IMG/VR virus record: IMGVR_UViG_3300023174_000133
Span: 1-64,000 of that record
Direction: 5' to 3' (one strand)
DNA from: a virus
Length of the DNA: 64,000 nucleotides
How positions within the stretch are numbered: the stretch's first letter is position 1; every line of letters begins with the position of its first letter. The notes beneath the pieces were generated by a model. It saw only the letters and a program-made list of their open reading frames with translations. It did no database searches and was not told the DNA's origin. The position numbers and the translations under genes are program-made. Below are positions 29,622 through 38,519 of the stretch, piece by piece.

Positions 29622-29891
29622 TTAAACTAAAATATCCCAATCATCGCTCCAATCCCGGTCAAGGCTATCGTACGACCAAGTGGTGCCACCCGCCAACACC
29701 GTCCACACGAAACCGTATTCTTCACCACCCTCAATGGCCACCAGCAACGCCCTATCACCCGGTGCAAAGTAGATAAAATCCCCAGGCTCGTTCGGTCCAA
29801 TGGGCGTCACAATAAAATTAATCAAGTGAATCCGACACTTCGCGACTAAAATATCACCGGGTTTGGGTTGACGATTCATTTCGTTATTCAC
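29622..29891 (-). CDS. small SH3/KOW-like hypothetical protein
   Basis: PKPGDILVAK...WTVL...WSDDWDIL; paralogous to its neighbours. Confidence 0.6.
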   Translation of the reverse strand: MNNEMNRQPKPGDILVAKCRIHLINFIVTPIGPNEPGDFIYFAPGDRALLVAIEGGEEYGFVWTVLAGGTTWSYDSLDRDWSDDWDILV

Positions 29892-30268
29892 TCTTCATCG
29901 CTCCCGATTAGGTCCCAATCATCGTCCCATACACTCGGCGTCTCATAATCATAGATGTTCCCATCCGAAAATACACGCCAAATCCCAGTATTAAAAAAGA
30001 TATCGACGATGATAACAGCATCACCCATTTCAAAATCTCGTACGCTGGAATAGGAATAGGTCGTGTGGTTCTTCTCGTCGATGCACGGCACCCATAGGGT
30101 CAAGTTCTCCCTCGCCACGAGGATATCACCGACACGAGGTATTCGAGGTTCGTCGGCACTCATTCCTTCCCCCAACTCACGACGTCCCAATTGTTCTTCC
30201 AGCCTTCGTCGTGAACCCAGAGATTGAACCAATGCACGATTCCACGGCGGGAAGATAGCGTCCAGCAT
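29888..30268 (-). CDS. small SH3/KOW-like hypothetical protein (true start probably MSADE)
   Basis: PRVGDILVAR...WRVF...WDDDWDLI. Confidence 0.6.
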   Translation of the reverse strand: MLDAIFPPWNRALVQSLGSRRRLEEQLGRRELGEGMSADEPRIPRVGDILVARENLTLWVPCIDEKNHTTYSYSSVRDFEMGDAVIIVDIFFNTGIWRVFSDGNIYDYETPSVWDDDWDLIGSDEE

Positions 30269-30402
30269 CCTGGGTAAGGTCTCTTTGAAACCTCAAGAAG
30301 TAGAAATCGCTCGCCACGCTCGGTCGACGTCCACTCGTTTAAACCGAACGAGAGGTCATTCTTGCACCGGGCATTAAGAATCGTTCCGGACGGAGGCGAC
30401 AT
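30160..30402 (-). CDS. small SH3/KOW-like hypothetical protein
   Basis: PPSGTILNAR...WTLS...WKNNWDVV. Confidence 0.55.
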   Translation of the reverse strand: MSPPSGTILNARCKNDLSFGLNEWTSTERGERFLLLEVSKRPYPGCWTLSSRRGIVHWFNLWVHDEGWKNNWDVVSWGKE

Positions 30403-30424
30403 CGTGACACCTTAATCGTGGTTA

Positions 30425-30468
30425 CAAAATAATATAACCCGCGAATCCAAAAATGGACAGGCGGGTTA
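30425..30468 (-). repeat. 44-bp promoter/stem-loop element, copy 1
   Basis: Identical to 31393-31436; TAACCCGC...GCGGGTTA stem overlapping TGTCCA-N17-TATATT. Confidence 0.9.
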
Positions 30469-30495
30469 TGAGATTGTATCAAATTAAGTAGAGAA

Positions 30496-31314
30496 CTAGA
30501 CTCTCGCGCAAATCATCTTGCCTCGAGCGTTCTTACGGAACTCGTCACCAGCTCGCTTGACCAATGCGCGTAGTTCTTCGAGCTCAGGAATGGTCTCACC
30601 TGTCGCATCTTGATTGTAATGAAACCCTCGACCCGTAATGAGTTCCTGACACATAATTTCTGAGGAAACATCTTCAGTTGAAGACTCAGGTAACGTGCCA
30701 TCTCTCGCCGATGCCATCGTCAAAGCTTTAAATTTCGTCGCGACAAGACACTTTTTCTGGACTAGTCTAAAAGTTGGTGCCAACTTATACGCGATATCAG
30801 AACCACCACCAGACGCTTGCGAATCAAATATTGCGTGCATTACCATCCAAGGAGACGGCAACGCACCCTGAAACATATTGATGTTTGAAATAAGTATGAT
30901 TAAATCATTAGAACCAACTTGATTCACTAATGCGGGGTCGTACCCAACAGTTATGAGAGCTTCCTTGCCATCCTCAATGGGCATAATCATCGCTCGGCCG
31001 GCCCAATCATCACTATCGTCAACATTGATTCCTACTTCCTCGAAAGCGCTCCCACCGCCCGCGATACCCGCAACAGTCGCAATCCATACATTAAATGGAA
31101 TATTCTTGTAGTAAGCAGACGCTTTCTTCAACCAAGAACCAGACTGCGTGTATTTTTTTACTGCGAGTTGCTGCTTGGCGTCAGCAGGTTCTCCACCAAA
31201 ATCCGTACCATCGACCGCGCCAAGACTACCCGCAAATGCCATCTCATCCAGACTACGCTCGATTTCCTCTCGAACGATTCGTCGCAATCTAGACTCTGTC
31301 AATCTAATCGCCAT
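30496..31314 (-). CDS. hypothetical protein with N-terminal tag (possible virion internal protein)
   Basis: GAGG ribosome-binding site; MAIRLTESRLRRIVREEIERSLDEM. Confidence 0.7.
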   Translation of the reverse strand: MAIRLTESRLRRIVREEIERSLDEMAFAGSLGAVDGTDFGGEPADAKQQLAVKKYTQSGSWLKKASAYYKNIPFNVWIATVAGIAGGGSAFEEVGINVDDSDDWAGRAMIMPIEDGKEALITVGYDPALVNQVGSNDLIILISNINMFQGALPSPWMVMHAIFDSQASGGGSDIAYKLAPTFRLVQKKCLVATKFKALTMASARDGTLPESSTEDVSSEIMCQELITGRGFHYNQDATGETIPELEELRALVKRAGDEFRKNARGKMICARV

Positions 31315-31333
31315 ATCATAACCTCGCAGCGTG

Positions 31334-31369
31334 GAAACATTCAACACACTTATTGGTATATATGGGGCA
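31334..31369 (-). repeat. 36-bp upstream element, copy 1
   Basis: 34/36 identical to 31833-31868; contains ATATATA. Confidence 0.85.
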
Positions 31370-31392
31370 TTGTGGCATGTTGGATGCGGTTG

Positions 31393-31436
31393 CAAAATAA
31401 TATAACCCGCGAATCCAAAAATGGACAGGCGGGTTA
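31393..31436 (-). repeat. 44-bp promoter/stem-loop element, copy 2
   Basis: Identical to 30425-30468. Confidence 0.9.
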
Positions 31437-31465
31437 CAAATTTTATTTAACGTTTTTAGTCGTTA

Positions 31466-31813
31466 TCAGACGCTGGAGATGAGAGCCGAGTCCCATAACA
31501 AATCGATATCTACGTCTTTGCGAGAACCCGTTTCATCTTCAATCGTCGCAAGACCCTCTTCTTCATCGACAGCGACAACCTTAAAAGAATCAGCAACCCA
31601 GCAACGTCTCTGCCCAACCTTTAATTCAGGCGCAGTCTCTTTCGGAGCATTTGCCCAAGGAGCATAATCCATAGGGTCATCATAACCACCCGGAGCCATC
31701 GCACCCTTACCAACTCGTTTCTTATATCCAGCGGCGACGCTAATCTCACTAATCCTACGAGCTTCTTCCCTAATAATCTGACGCAACTTAGACTCTGACA
31801 ACTTAATAGCCAT
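31466..31813 (-). CDS. hypothetical protein with N-terminal tag and C-terminal SH3-like domain
   Basis: MAIKLSESKLRQIIREEARRISE; LKVGQ..FKVVAVD. Confidence 0.7.
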   Translation of the reverse strand: MAIKLSESKLRQIIREEARRISEISVAAGYKKRVGKGAMAPGGYDDPMDYAPWANAPKETAPELKVGQRRCWVADSFKVVAVDEEEGLATIEDETGSRKDVDIDLLWDSALISSV

Positions 31814-31832
31814 CTTGTAATCCCCCGGCGCT

Positions 31833-31868
31833 GAAACATTCAACGCGCTTATTGGTATATATGGGGCA
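31833..31868 (-). repeat. 36-bp upstream element, copy 2
   Basis: 34/36 identical to 31334-31369. Confidence 0.85.
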
Positions 31869-31881
31869 CAGACTATCAGAA

Positions 31882-31954
31882 TATCCCCGACACGAATTGA
31901 ACGTGCGACCTACTGATTAGGAATCAGTTGCTCTATCCACTGAGCTACGGAGAC
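31882..31954 (-). tRNA. tRNA-Arg(CCT), CCA not encoded
   Basis: ACTGA-TTCCTAA-TCAGT, D arm TAGCTCAGTGGATAGAGC. Confidence 0.9.
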
Positions 31955-31958
31955 AAAA

Positions 31959-32630
31959 TTAAAAATTAAATTTTCTACCCTTAATCCATCCTTGAGAAAG
32001 CCACTGCTCAAGTTCTTCTTTTTTGATTTTTTTACTAACCTTCTCTTCTAAAGAATGGACCCAACAAGTTCCATATTGCGAATTCTTTTCACCTAATTGA
32101 CTAATCGCATTCGCTTTACCAATTTTTTCTTTGGTTTCTTCTCGATGCGTTTTACCAGTCCAGTCAGGAGCTTTGAACTTCCCTTCTTTAAAATACTGTC
32201 GATTTCTTTCTGCAACTCGTAAAGATGTATTTTTTCTAAACTCTGGATTTTGCCAACACTTAAAGAAGGCTATAGAACCAGCTTTCGCTTTATTAGCTTT
32301 TATTATTTTTTCATCGCCATGATTCGCAGCGTACCACCCGCCGTTTCCACCTGTTGTCATATTATAAGTTTCATTTGATTTTACGAAATCTTCAGTAACC
32401 AATGACTTTTCAAATAGAAATGCTTCGTCACTAGTATCAAAAAATTGTATTATTTCTTTTTTAAAGTTTTCAATACCATATTTTTTGATAGCTCTATTTA
32501 AAAGTAGACCACTTCCCATATATTCATCGTCGATTTTGGAAGTTGAATGTTTACCGATATAGATTTTACCATCTAATAGATTCGTGATTTTATAGACATA
32601 ATGATAGTGTTGCATATCATTATATATCAA
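31959..32630 (-). CDS. GIY-YIG homing endonuclease with NUMOD3 (Seg-like)
   Basis: YVYKITNLLDGKIYIGKH, YMGSG, YNMTTGG, GKTHREETKEKI, GEKNSQYG. Confidence 0.92.
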   Translation of the reverse strand: MIYNDMQHYHYVYKITNLLDGKIYIGKHSTSKIDDEYMGSGLLLNRAIKKYGIENFKKEIIQFFDTSDEAFLFEKSLVTEDFVKSNETYNMTTGGNGGWYAANHGDEKIIKANKAKAGSIAFFKCWQNPEFRKNTSLRVAERNRQYFKEGKFKAPDWTGKTHREETKEKIGKANAISQLGEKNSQYGTCWVHSLEEKVSKKIKKEELEQWLSQGWIKGRKFNF

Positions 32631-32657
32631 TGATTAGTTCGAATCGCGAAAAAAGAA

Positions 32658-32732
32658 TGGGATTGACGGGGTTCGAACCCGTGACTGTCGGCTTAAAAGG
32701 CCGCTACTCTTCCTAAACTGAGTTACAATCCC
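32658..32732 (-). tRNA. tRNA-Lys(TTT), CCA not encoded
   Basis: CGGC-CTTTTAA-GCCG, GGTTCGAACCC. Confidence 0.88.
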
Positions 32733-32740
32733 GTGAAATA

Positions 32741-32812
32741 TGCGTCCACCTGGATTCGAACCAGGAATGCAAGTTTAGAAGACTCGTGTGATATCCCTTT
32801 CACCATGAACGC
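32741..32812 (-). tRNA. tRNA-Arg(TCT), CCA not encoded
   Basis: CGAGT-CTTCTAA-ACTTG, GGTTCGAATCC. Confidence 0.88.
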
Positions 32813-32836
32813 GCAAAACGATTTAAAAGAAAAAAG

Positions 32837-32911
32837 TGGAGCCAGCACGCGGATTTGAACCGCGGACCTACAGATTACAAATCTGTTGCACTGCCGCTGT
32901 GCTATGCTGGC
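32837..32911 (-). tRNA. tRNA-Thr(TGT)
   Basis: ACAGA-TTTGTAA-TCTGT, CCA. Confidence 0.93.
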
Positions 32912-32926
32912 TTTTAAAGTTTTAAA

Positions 32927-32999
32927 TGCCGAAGGTGAGATTCGAACTCACGCTTGATCGATTTTGAGTCGATGGCCTCTGCCGCTGGGCTACTTCGGC
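32927..32999 (-). tRNA. tRNA-Leu(CAA), short variable loop, CCA not encoded
   Basis: ATCGA-CTCAAAA-TCGAT; 73 nt. Confidence 0.85.
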
Positions 33000-33012
33000 G
33001 TAAAAATTAAAG

Positions 33013-33089
33013 TGGCGTCCGAGGTGTGACTTGAACACACGACCCTCTGATTAACAGTCAAATGCTCTAACCAACTGAGCTACACGGAC
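33013..33089 (-). tRNA. tRNA-Asn(GTT)
   Basis: TTTGA-CTGTTAA-TCAGA, GCCA. Confidence 0.92.
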
Positions 33090-33131
33090 GTTTTATCTTT
33101 TATTGTCTCCTTATTGGCGACTGACAAAGAT

Positions 33132-33159
33132 AATATAACCTGTTTATCCCGTCTTTACA
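33132..33159 (-). promoter_or_regulatory. class A promoter-like motif TGTAAA-N16-TATATT upstream of the tRNA cluster
   Basis: Recurring motif immediately upstream of tRNA-Asn. Confidence 0.6.
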
Positions 33160-33234
33160 GGTTGCCTGCGCACTTTTTTGAGATTATTTTGTGTCCCGGC
33201 GCCTGTATATTTAGTGATATTACGGAGAACTATT

Positions 33235-35121
33235 GTGAGCTATAGAAACTTGCGCCTTATTATCGAGTCCCTTTTATTAGAGGGAGTCAAGGACGACCTG
33301 ATTGAGCTGTATCCAGACCACGCTCAAGACATTAAATTGTTGCAGCCGAAGTGGTTCGGTTGGTTGAGTGCTAGGTTTGGAAAGAATCCAAGCAGGGAAG
33401 AGACCCATCCATTCGCTGATGCATTAGAAACAGTGAAGGCATTTTCAATGAAGGATTCTGCGATAAGTGCAAAATACAAGACAAACGAGCAATTTAAGAC
33501 AGCTGTTGACGAGGCATTCCCACCAGATTCTCGCTCTTGGGAAAATCCCTCCGATCCGTCTAATATGACTGTCGACGAGATGGAGACAATCCTCTCGCTA
33601 TCAGAGAGAAAGAAACAACGGTTCGAAGTAAAGACGGCGGCGGTCGAGAACGATAAGGTAGGGAAGGTTGGTCCCTGGAATTTGTGGTTACCATCTTCTA
33701 GAGACAATAGTTGTTACATAGCCGGATATGACCCAGAGACGATGCAACCGAAGACGACATGGTGCACGGCAAGAATGTCTGGTTCTAATTTATTCTATAG
33801 TTACGCCAGTAATCCAAAATTAATTTTATTTTATGTAATCAAAGATGACGCGATAGATTACAAAGATAGATTGTCTATTGGATTTATGGATGGGAAACCT
33901 GTTCTTGAAGGAACGTATGGTGGTTTGTCAGTTGATGCAACAAACAAAGGATTGACAGATAAAATACTTCGCGAAATTTTAGGTTCACATTACGAAGGGG
34001 TCATGAAGGTTCTCGAAGACAAAGTAAAAGAGAGTAAAGGTGTAAGTCCTTACGGTGAAAAATTCGCAGAAGCAGCAATATCAGTCGAAGCATTTAAGGG
34101 AATGACCACAGGACTTTCAAAGGATGAACAAGCAGACTTGATATCGCAGATTCTAAAAGAGAAAAAAATCTCAGATGAAGTATATCTCTACTGTGCCCAG
34201 AACAAACATCCGAAAGTCGTTGACAGTCTTATGCGAAGCAATGCACCAGCATACATTAAGAAGAAGGTCGCAGAGAGTGACGACCCAGTCGTTATGAAAC
34301 GAACTGTGCATAGCGAGTTCTTCCCAGAAGAGAATTTTCGTAAATTGTTTAATATTGCTATAAAGAATCCTGGTGAATATTGGGAAGCGCTTAAGGAAAT
34401 GTCATCTAATAAAAATACGCCAGAAGACGTTCTAGAAAAATTGGCAGATGTTGATATTGATGATACTAACATGATACAAACCAAGTTAGCAAAAAATCCA
34501 TCTATTCCACATAATATTTTAACAAAACTATTCGACAGAGCGTTAAATGGAAAAGAGCGCATTAATATTAGCATTATTACTGCTATCGTGTCGAACAAAG
34601 GCGCATCGAGCGATATCTTGAAAAAAATGTTTGAGATTCGTTCGAAATTTTCCTCGCCAGAAGACATGGTGGTGCGGATTGCAGGTAATCCGTCGACGCC
34701 AGAGGAAATTTTAAGGAAAATAATGGATGGCGAAGAGTCAAAACAGAATGGTAAGAAAAGATCTTTGCGTGCGAGCCTGGCGTTAGCTGGAAATCCCGCA
34801 ATACCAAACGACATTTTAGATACTCTAGTTAATGAGGGAAATATAGATGTACTTCACGTGGCTATAAGTAATCCTGCAACGTCAGAAAGTCTTCTAAAGA
34901 AAATAATCAGTTTCGGAAACGATGAATTAACCCTACGCATACTTTATGCAGCAGAAAAAAATCTCAATTTATCGAACGAAGTGTTACATGATTTTGCGAA
35001 GTCTACAAATGATAAGTTGAGGAAGGCAGCGAAACAAAGCGTCAAAGCAAGAAAGTTAATGAAATCAGGAGCCAGTCAAAATGAATCCAGACTCAGAGAG
35101 TTCATTAGAATGATTTTATGA
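33235..35121 (+). CDS. leucine-rich-variant (NP.TP..IL) repeat protein tagged at both termini
   Basis: GGAG ribosome-binding site and GTG at 33235; WCTA motif; repeats NKNTPEDVL, NPSIP, NPSTPEEIL, NPAIP, NPATS. Confidence 0.75.
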   Translation: MSYRNLRLIIESLLLEGVKDDLIELYPDHAQDIKLLQPKWFGWLSARFGKNPSREETHPFADALETVKAFSMKDSAISAKYKTNEQFKTAVDEAFPPDSRSWENPSDPSNMTVDEMETILSLSERKKQRFEVKTAAVENDKVGKVGPWNLWLPSSRDNSCYIAGYDPETMQPKTTWCTARMSGSNLFYSYASNPKLILFYVIKDDAIDYKDRLSIGFMDGKPVLEGTYGGLSVDATNKGLTDKILREILGSHYEGVMKVLEDKVKESKGVSPYGEKFAEAAISVEAFKGMTTGLSKDEQADLISQILKEKKISDEVYLYCAQNKHPKVVDSLMRSNAPAYIKKKVAESDDPVVMKRTVHSEFFPEENFRKLFNIAIKNPGEYWEALKEMSSNKNTPEDVLEKLADVDIDDTNMIQTKLAKNPSIPHNILTKLFDRALNGKERINISIITAIVSNKGASSDILKKMFEIRSKFSSPEDMVVRIAGNPSTPEEILRKIMDGEESKQNGKKRSLRASLALAGNPAIPNDILDTLVNEGNIDVLHVAISNPATSESLLKKIISFGNDELTLRILYAAEKNLNLSNEVLHDFAKSTNDKLRKAAKQSVKARKLMKSGASQNESRLREFIRMIL

Positions 35122-35225
35122 TTCGAGTCTATTGCGTTTTATATTAGTTCTTCAAAATTTTACAATTTTTCTAGATAATTTTGACTGTCTGCACACTTTT
35201 TGAGAAATTATTCTACATATGTATT

Positions 35226-35900
35226 TTAAAATCTATAAAGATATCCTGTCGTACAGTTCGAAGTTTTGTCGCAGATAATTTCATCGCCGACGCTGTCGTA
35301 AAAGACGAAGACAGGTTCTCCTAAAATACTTAGGTAAGGTTCTTGATTTAGATTAATTCCTCTACTAGAGAATCCATCATAATCAAAGAGTTCGTTATTT
35401 TCTTTTTGGCTACTATTTGTTATTAGAGCGAATTTTGTCTTTCTTTTGATTGTTTCTAAAGCTCTGACGTTATAACGAGTAATGAGATGTTCTAGTGTGT
35501 GTCGACACATGATAAGGTCAAAGTAACCGTCTTCATATTTTTCTAGAGAATCGATCATATCACCACAGATAAATTTTATTCGATCGTTGGAGAACTTTTC
35601 GTTATTTGTATTCACGAGTGCTTCTACGATGTCATTACCCACGTAATCAGGTAGTTTATCTTCGATGGTTCGCATCCAATTCCAGTCACCAGATGAACAG
35701 TCGAAGATTTTTTTTATATTTTCTCGTCTGATTATATCTAGTAAGTTTTTTCTAAAAGATTGCGTATAGAGCATAGATGACCCAAGACCTGATTTCGATT
35801 CGCCACTGCCCATATTCCATCGATCTTTGACATAAGTTCTAGTAAAAACAATTCTATTAAAATCTCTAAAGTGAAGCGCAACTACTTTTTCATCGTTCAT
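35226..35900 (-). CDS. class I SAM-dependent methyltransferase
   Basis: SGLGS, IFDCSSGD, YVGNDIV, FDLIMCRHTLEHL. Confidence 0.8.
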   Translation of the reverse strand: MNDEKVVALHFRDFNRIVFTRTYVKDRWNMGSGESKSGLGSSMLYTQSFRKNLLDIIRRENIKKIFDCSSGDWNWMRTIEDKLPDYVGNDIVEALVNTNNEKFSNDRIKFICGDMIDSLEKYEDGYFDLIMCRHTLEHLITRYNVRALETIKRKTKFALITNSSQKENNELFDYDGFSSRGINLNQEPYLSILGEPVFVFYDSVGDEIICDKTSNCTTGYLYRF

Positions 35901-35985
35901 GTATACCTCGATTACACTTTTTAAAATGTAATGAGATTATCGAAGCTTTACATATCGATCATAAACTTTTCAGATCGAATGCGTA

Positions 35986-36255
35986 TTAAGTAGACTCTGT
36001 AATTTTTAAGACCAGGTCGCCTCGACCTTTAATCAATCTGTGCCATTCGTCTCGAGGAATCCAGAACTTATCGCCTTCGTTCATCACGCGGGGTAATTTG
36101 TCCTCTAATTGTATTTGCCAGCCAGAAGACGATACAACTTCGACCAGTCTATCATTTGCGTCTCGATGCCAGACGAGTTCTTCATCGATCGTATTGCCTG
36201 AGAACGTTCTCACTTTTACGTCACCAGCGAGCACGTCCCTATAGGGCTTCGACAA
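35986..36255 (-). CDS. small cupin-like protein
   Basis: ELVWHRD...WHRLIKG. Confidence 0.6.
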   Translation of the reverse strand: MSKPYRDVLAGDVKVRTFSGNTIDEELVWHRDANDRLVEVVSSSGWQIQLEDKLPRVMNEGDKFWIPRDEWHRLIKGRGDLVLKITEST

Positions 36256-36256
36256 A

Positions 36257-36826
36257 TTACCACCTGCCCTTGAAATTTAGACCGAGTTGTTTCTTATAAC
36301 GGTGCAGGTTACAGCTCCACCACCGAGCTTTCCAGCGAGGTCCGGGACTATCACAGTTGTGTCTGGCCAAGAATGATTTGACGCGTTCTGGGTTGTGCGT
36401 CTTTATTCGCATCCCTGATTGTCCGAATCCTAGTTTTATGACGTTTCCCTTATCGTTTTTGACATAGACTGCAAACTTTTTGCCACCACCAGAGTCGCGA
36501 AATGGTTTATTGAGCGTGACAGTCTTGCCACGATACTCTGCTTCGTTTAGATTTTCTTCAAATGGACAATCTAACGGCACAACTTGACCTTCGAATATCC
36601 CCCAGCGACCGATGTCGGTGTTTTCTAAGAGCCACGCGTCGTTTTCACAGAGTTGTATTTCGCCAAGTTCCCATAGCATCCTTGCTTCTGACATAAGCGT
36701 GACGTGGCCCAGAGAACCCCAACGATAGACGGATTCGAATAACGGCACATCATTTTTAGCGTGCCATAGTAGGCCTTCGCTGGCTATAGACGCATTTTCA
36801 AGACGGATTTTTTTATTGTTTCGCAT
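36257..36826 (-). CDS. phage hypothetical protein with basic C-terminal domain
   Basis: LNEAEYRGKTVTLNKPFR, KKFAVYVK, FLARHNC, WWSC. Confidence 0.7.
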   Translation of the reverse strand: MRNNKKIRLENASIASEGLLWHAKNDVPLFESVYRWGSLGHVTLMSEARMLWELGEIQLCENDAWLLENTDIGRWGIFEGQVVPLDCPFEENLNEAEYRGKTVTLNKPFRDSGGGKKFAVYVKNDKGNVIKLGFGQSGMRIKTHNPERVKSFLARHNCDSPGPRWKARWWSCNLHRYKKQLGLNFKGRW

Positions 36827-36842
36827 GATATTAAATATCTAA

Positions 36843-37118
36843 TCACACGCCTTTGAAATGTTCTATGAGACGAAGAATATCATTGTGTGGTTCAAGCCCA
36901 GTGCTTTTCATTTTTGCGACTTCATCGTGACATGCGTTTATGAGGTGTTGGCGTTCGCCCCATGCCTCAACGAATCCCTGACATTGGAACGATCTAAGGA
37001 CAGTAAGGAGCGAGAGGAGAGTATCGGGCACATCGGCTTGTGAGCCTGGTTTGTTTCGACGCATCTCCTCTAGCATTTTGTTGATTTCTTCACAATTCAT
37101 GATGACTCCATACTTCAA
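36843..37118 (-). CDS. hypothetical protein
   Basis: ORF on the coding strand. Confidence 0.55.
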   Translation of the reverse strand: MKYGVIMNCEEINKMLEEMRRNKPGSQADVPDTLLSLLTVLRSFQCQGFVEAWGERQHLINACHDEVAKMKSTGLEPHNDILRLIEHFKGV

Positions 37119-37149
37119 ATGTTAAATATGGAGCTAAACAACATGAATG

Positions 37150-37401
37150 CTACGCGAGTGTTCTCGTAGAAATCCACGTCTGTAAAACGCCGATAAAAGC
37201 TTTACGAACGTCAGAGGATTCCAGTCCTTCTAAAATTCCTTTTGCCTCTGTCGCTTCCACGATTTGCTCTTCTTCTGTCAATCCGTCTCTTGACATTTCT
37301 GCAGAAAATGAATCCATCGCTACGATGGGTAGAAGCATGTCTTCGACTGATTCTGTGGCTTCAACTTTTAAAATAAACGTATCGATTCTTTGAGATGGCA
37401 T
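37150..37401 (-). CDS. hypothetical protein
   Basis: GGAGG ribosome-binding site, ATATTTA upstream. Confidence 0.65.
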   Translation of the reverse strand: MPSQRIDTFILKVEATESVEDMLLPIVAMDSFSAEMSRDGLTEEEQIVEATEAKGILEGLESSDVRKAFIGVLQTWISTRTLA

Positions 37402-37427
37402 CCTAACCTCCGGATTTAAATATCAGT

Positions 37428-37649
37428 TTAATTATTGATTTTCTCTTCTGCGATCGGGTCTAAATCATCACCCATGAACACGTAAGTTTCACCATCTCCA
37501 AATAACACCCACCAGTCTCCGCCTTGCCGAAGGTCCCATTCTGTAGCGTCATCTATCTTTCTAACTACGAATCCTACACCCATGTAGCGTAACTCTTCGT
37601 CGTACGCTTTCACGAGCATTCCGGATTTGATTTTTTTATTTTTAGTCAT
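37428..37649 (-). CDS. small SH3/KOW-like hypothetical protein
   Basis: IKSGMLV..GVGFVV..WWVLFGDG. Confidence 0.6.
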   Translation of the reverse strand: MTKNKKIKSGMLVKAYDEELRYMGVGFVVRKIDDATEWDLRQGGDWWVLFGDGETYVFMGDDLDPIAEEKINN

Positions 37650-37867
37650 TTATCTAAATATGGATAGTTCCATTCAAGCTCATTCCACTTTTCGAGCTTT
37701 CCCTCGTTCGTCATGACTGAAAAATACACGAGATCTTCATGACCTATGGTCGGCAGTGGCTCATGAATTTCGACGACGATACCATTTAATCTATCTTTTA
37801 GAAATAGACTGTAATACTGGACTATCTCGCCGACTTTTGGAAGTCGTCGCCCAGTACTATTTTGCAC
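37646..37867 (-). CDS. small SH3/KOW-like hypothetical protein
   Basis: PKVGEIV..GIVVE..VMTNEG. Confidence 0.6.
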   Translation of the reverse strand: MQNSTGRRLPKVGEIVQYYSLFLKDRLNGIVVEIHEPLPTIGHEDLVYFSVMTNEGKLEKWNELEWNYPYLDK

Positions 37868-38519
37868 CCGATTCCTCCTCTAACCTCGCCATGACCCGAC
37901 CTAAAACCGTCTTTCTAATCCCTGGATTGATATGTAGGATGTGTGGCATCATGGTATGACGTATGTAATTCCGGTCGTAATCTGTGTCATCATTAGAAGG
38001 GTCTTGGGCCCATTGGACGCTGTTTTTATTTGCCCATGCGATGAGGTCATCTCGAGTAGTTGAGAGGAAGGGGCGAATAAATCTTTCTCTTTTTACTGGA
38101 ATCGCCTTTGGGTTCCCTCTTAACGAGGTCATGACCCACCATTCTACAGCATCGTCGAGGTGGTGACATGTTACGATAGTGCCTTGTCCCGTAGATTCGA
38201 ACCACTCGTAGCGAGATTTACGCCAGAAGTCTTCAGGTGATTGATTTTTCTCGCACTCTCCGTCGATTTTCCCGACGAGAAGTGGAATATTCCACGTTTC
38301 GCAGTATTTTTTAACGCAAGCCTCGGCTTCTTCTGCGTGTTTTGTCCCGTGGTTGAAGTGTAGGACGGTTAATTCTTTTTTGCCGCGACGTAAAAAATCA
38401 AGACAGGCCATTGAGTCCCTACCACCAGAGACAGCAATGGCCGTTTTAATTGGAATTTTACACGCCAAGTGAATCATTTTGGAGAGCGTGGAAGGGAGTG
38501 ACCGGTGTACTTCGAACAC
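37857..38519 (-). CDS. tilS: tRNA(Ile)-lysidine synthetase, minimal N-terminal catalytic domain
   Basis: PP-loop SGGRDS, HFNHG, R..RY, TCHHLDD, RPFL, DPSN, RNYIRH. Confidence 0.9.
   Translation of the reverse strand: MFEVHRSLPSTLSKMIHLACKIPIKTAIAVSGGRDSMACLDFLRRGKKELTVLHFNHGTKHAEEAEACVKKYCETWNIPLLVGKIDGECEKNQSPEDFWRKSRYEWFESTGQGTIVTCHHLDDAVEWWVMTSLRGNPKAIPVKRERFIRPFLSTTRDDLIAWANKNSVQWAQDPSNDDTDYDRNYIRHTMMPHILHINPGIRKTVLGRVMARLEEESGAK

Noticed and set aside
30425-31436. 44-bp elements as integron attC sites (AAC...GTT ends)
   Set aside because: Shorter than known attC sites, poor RYYYAAC/GTTRRRY match, no integrase seen; better explained as promoter plus hairpin
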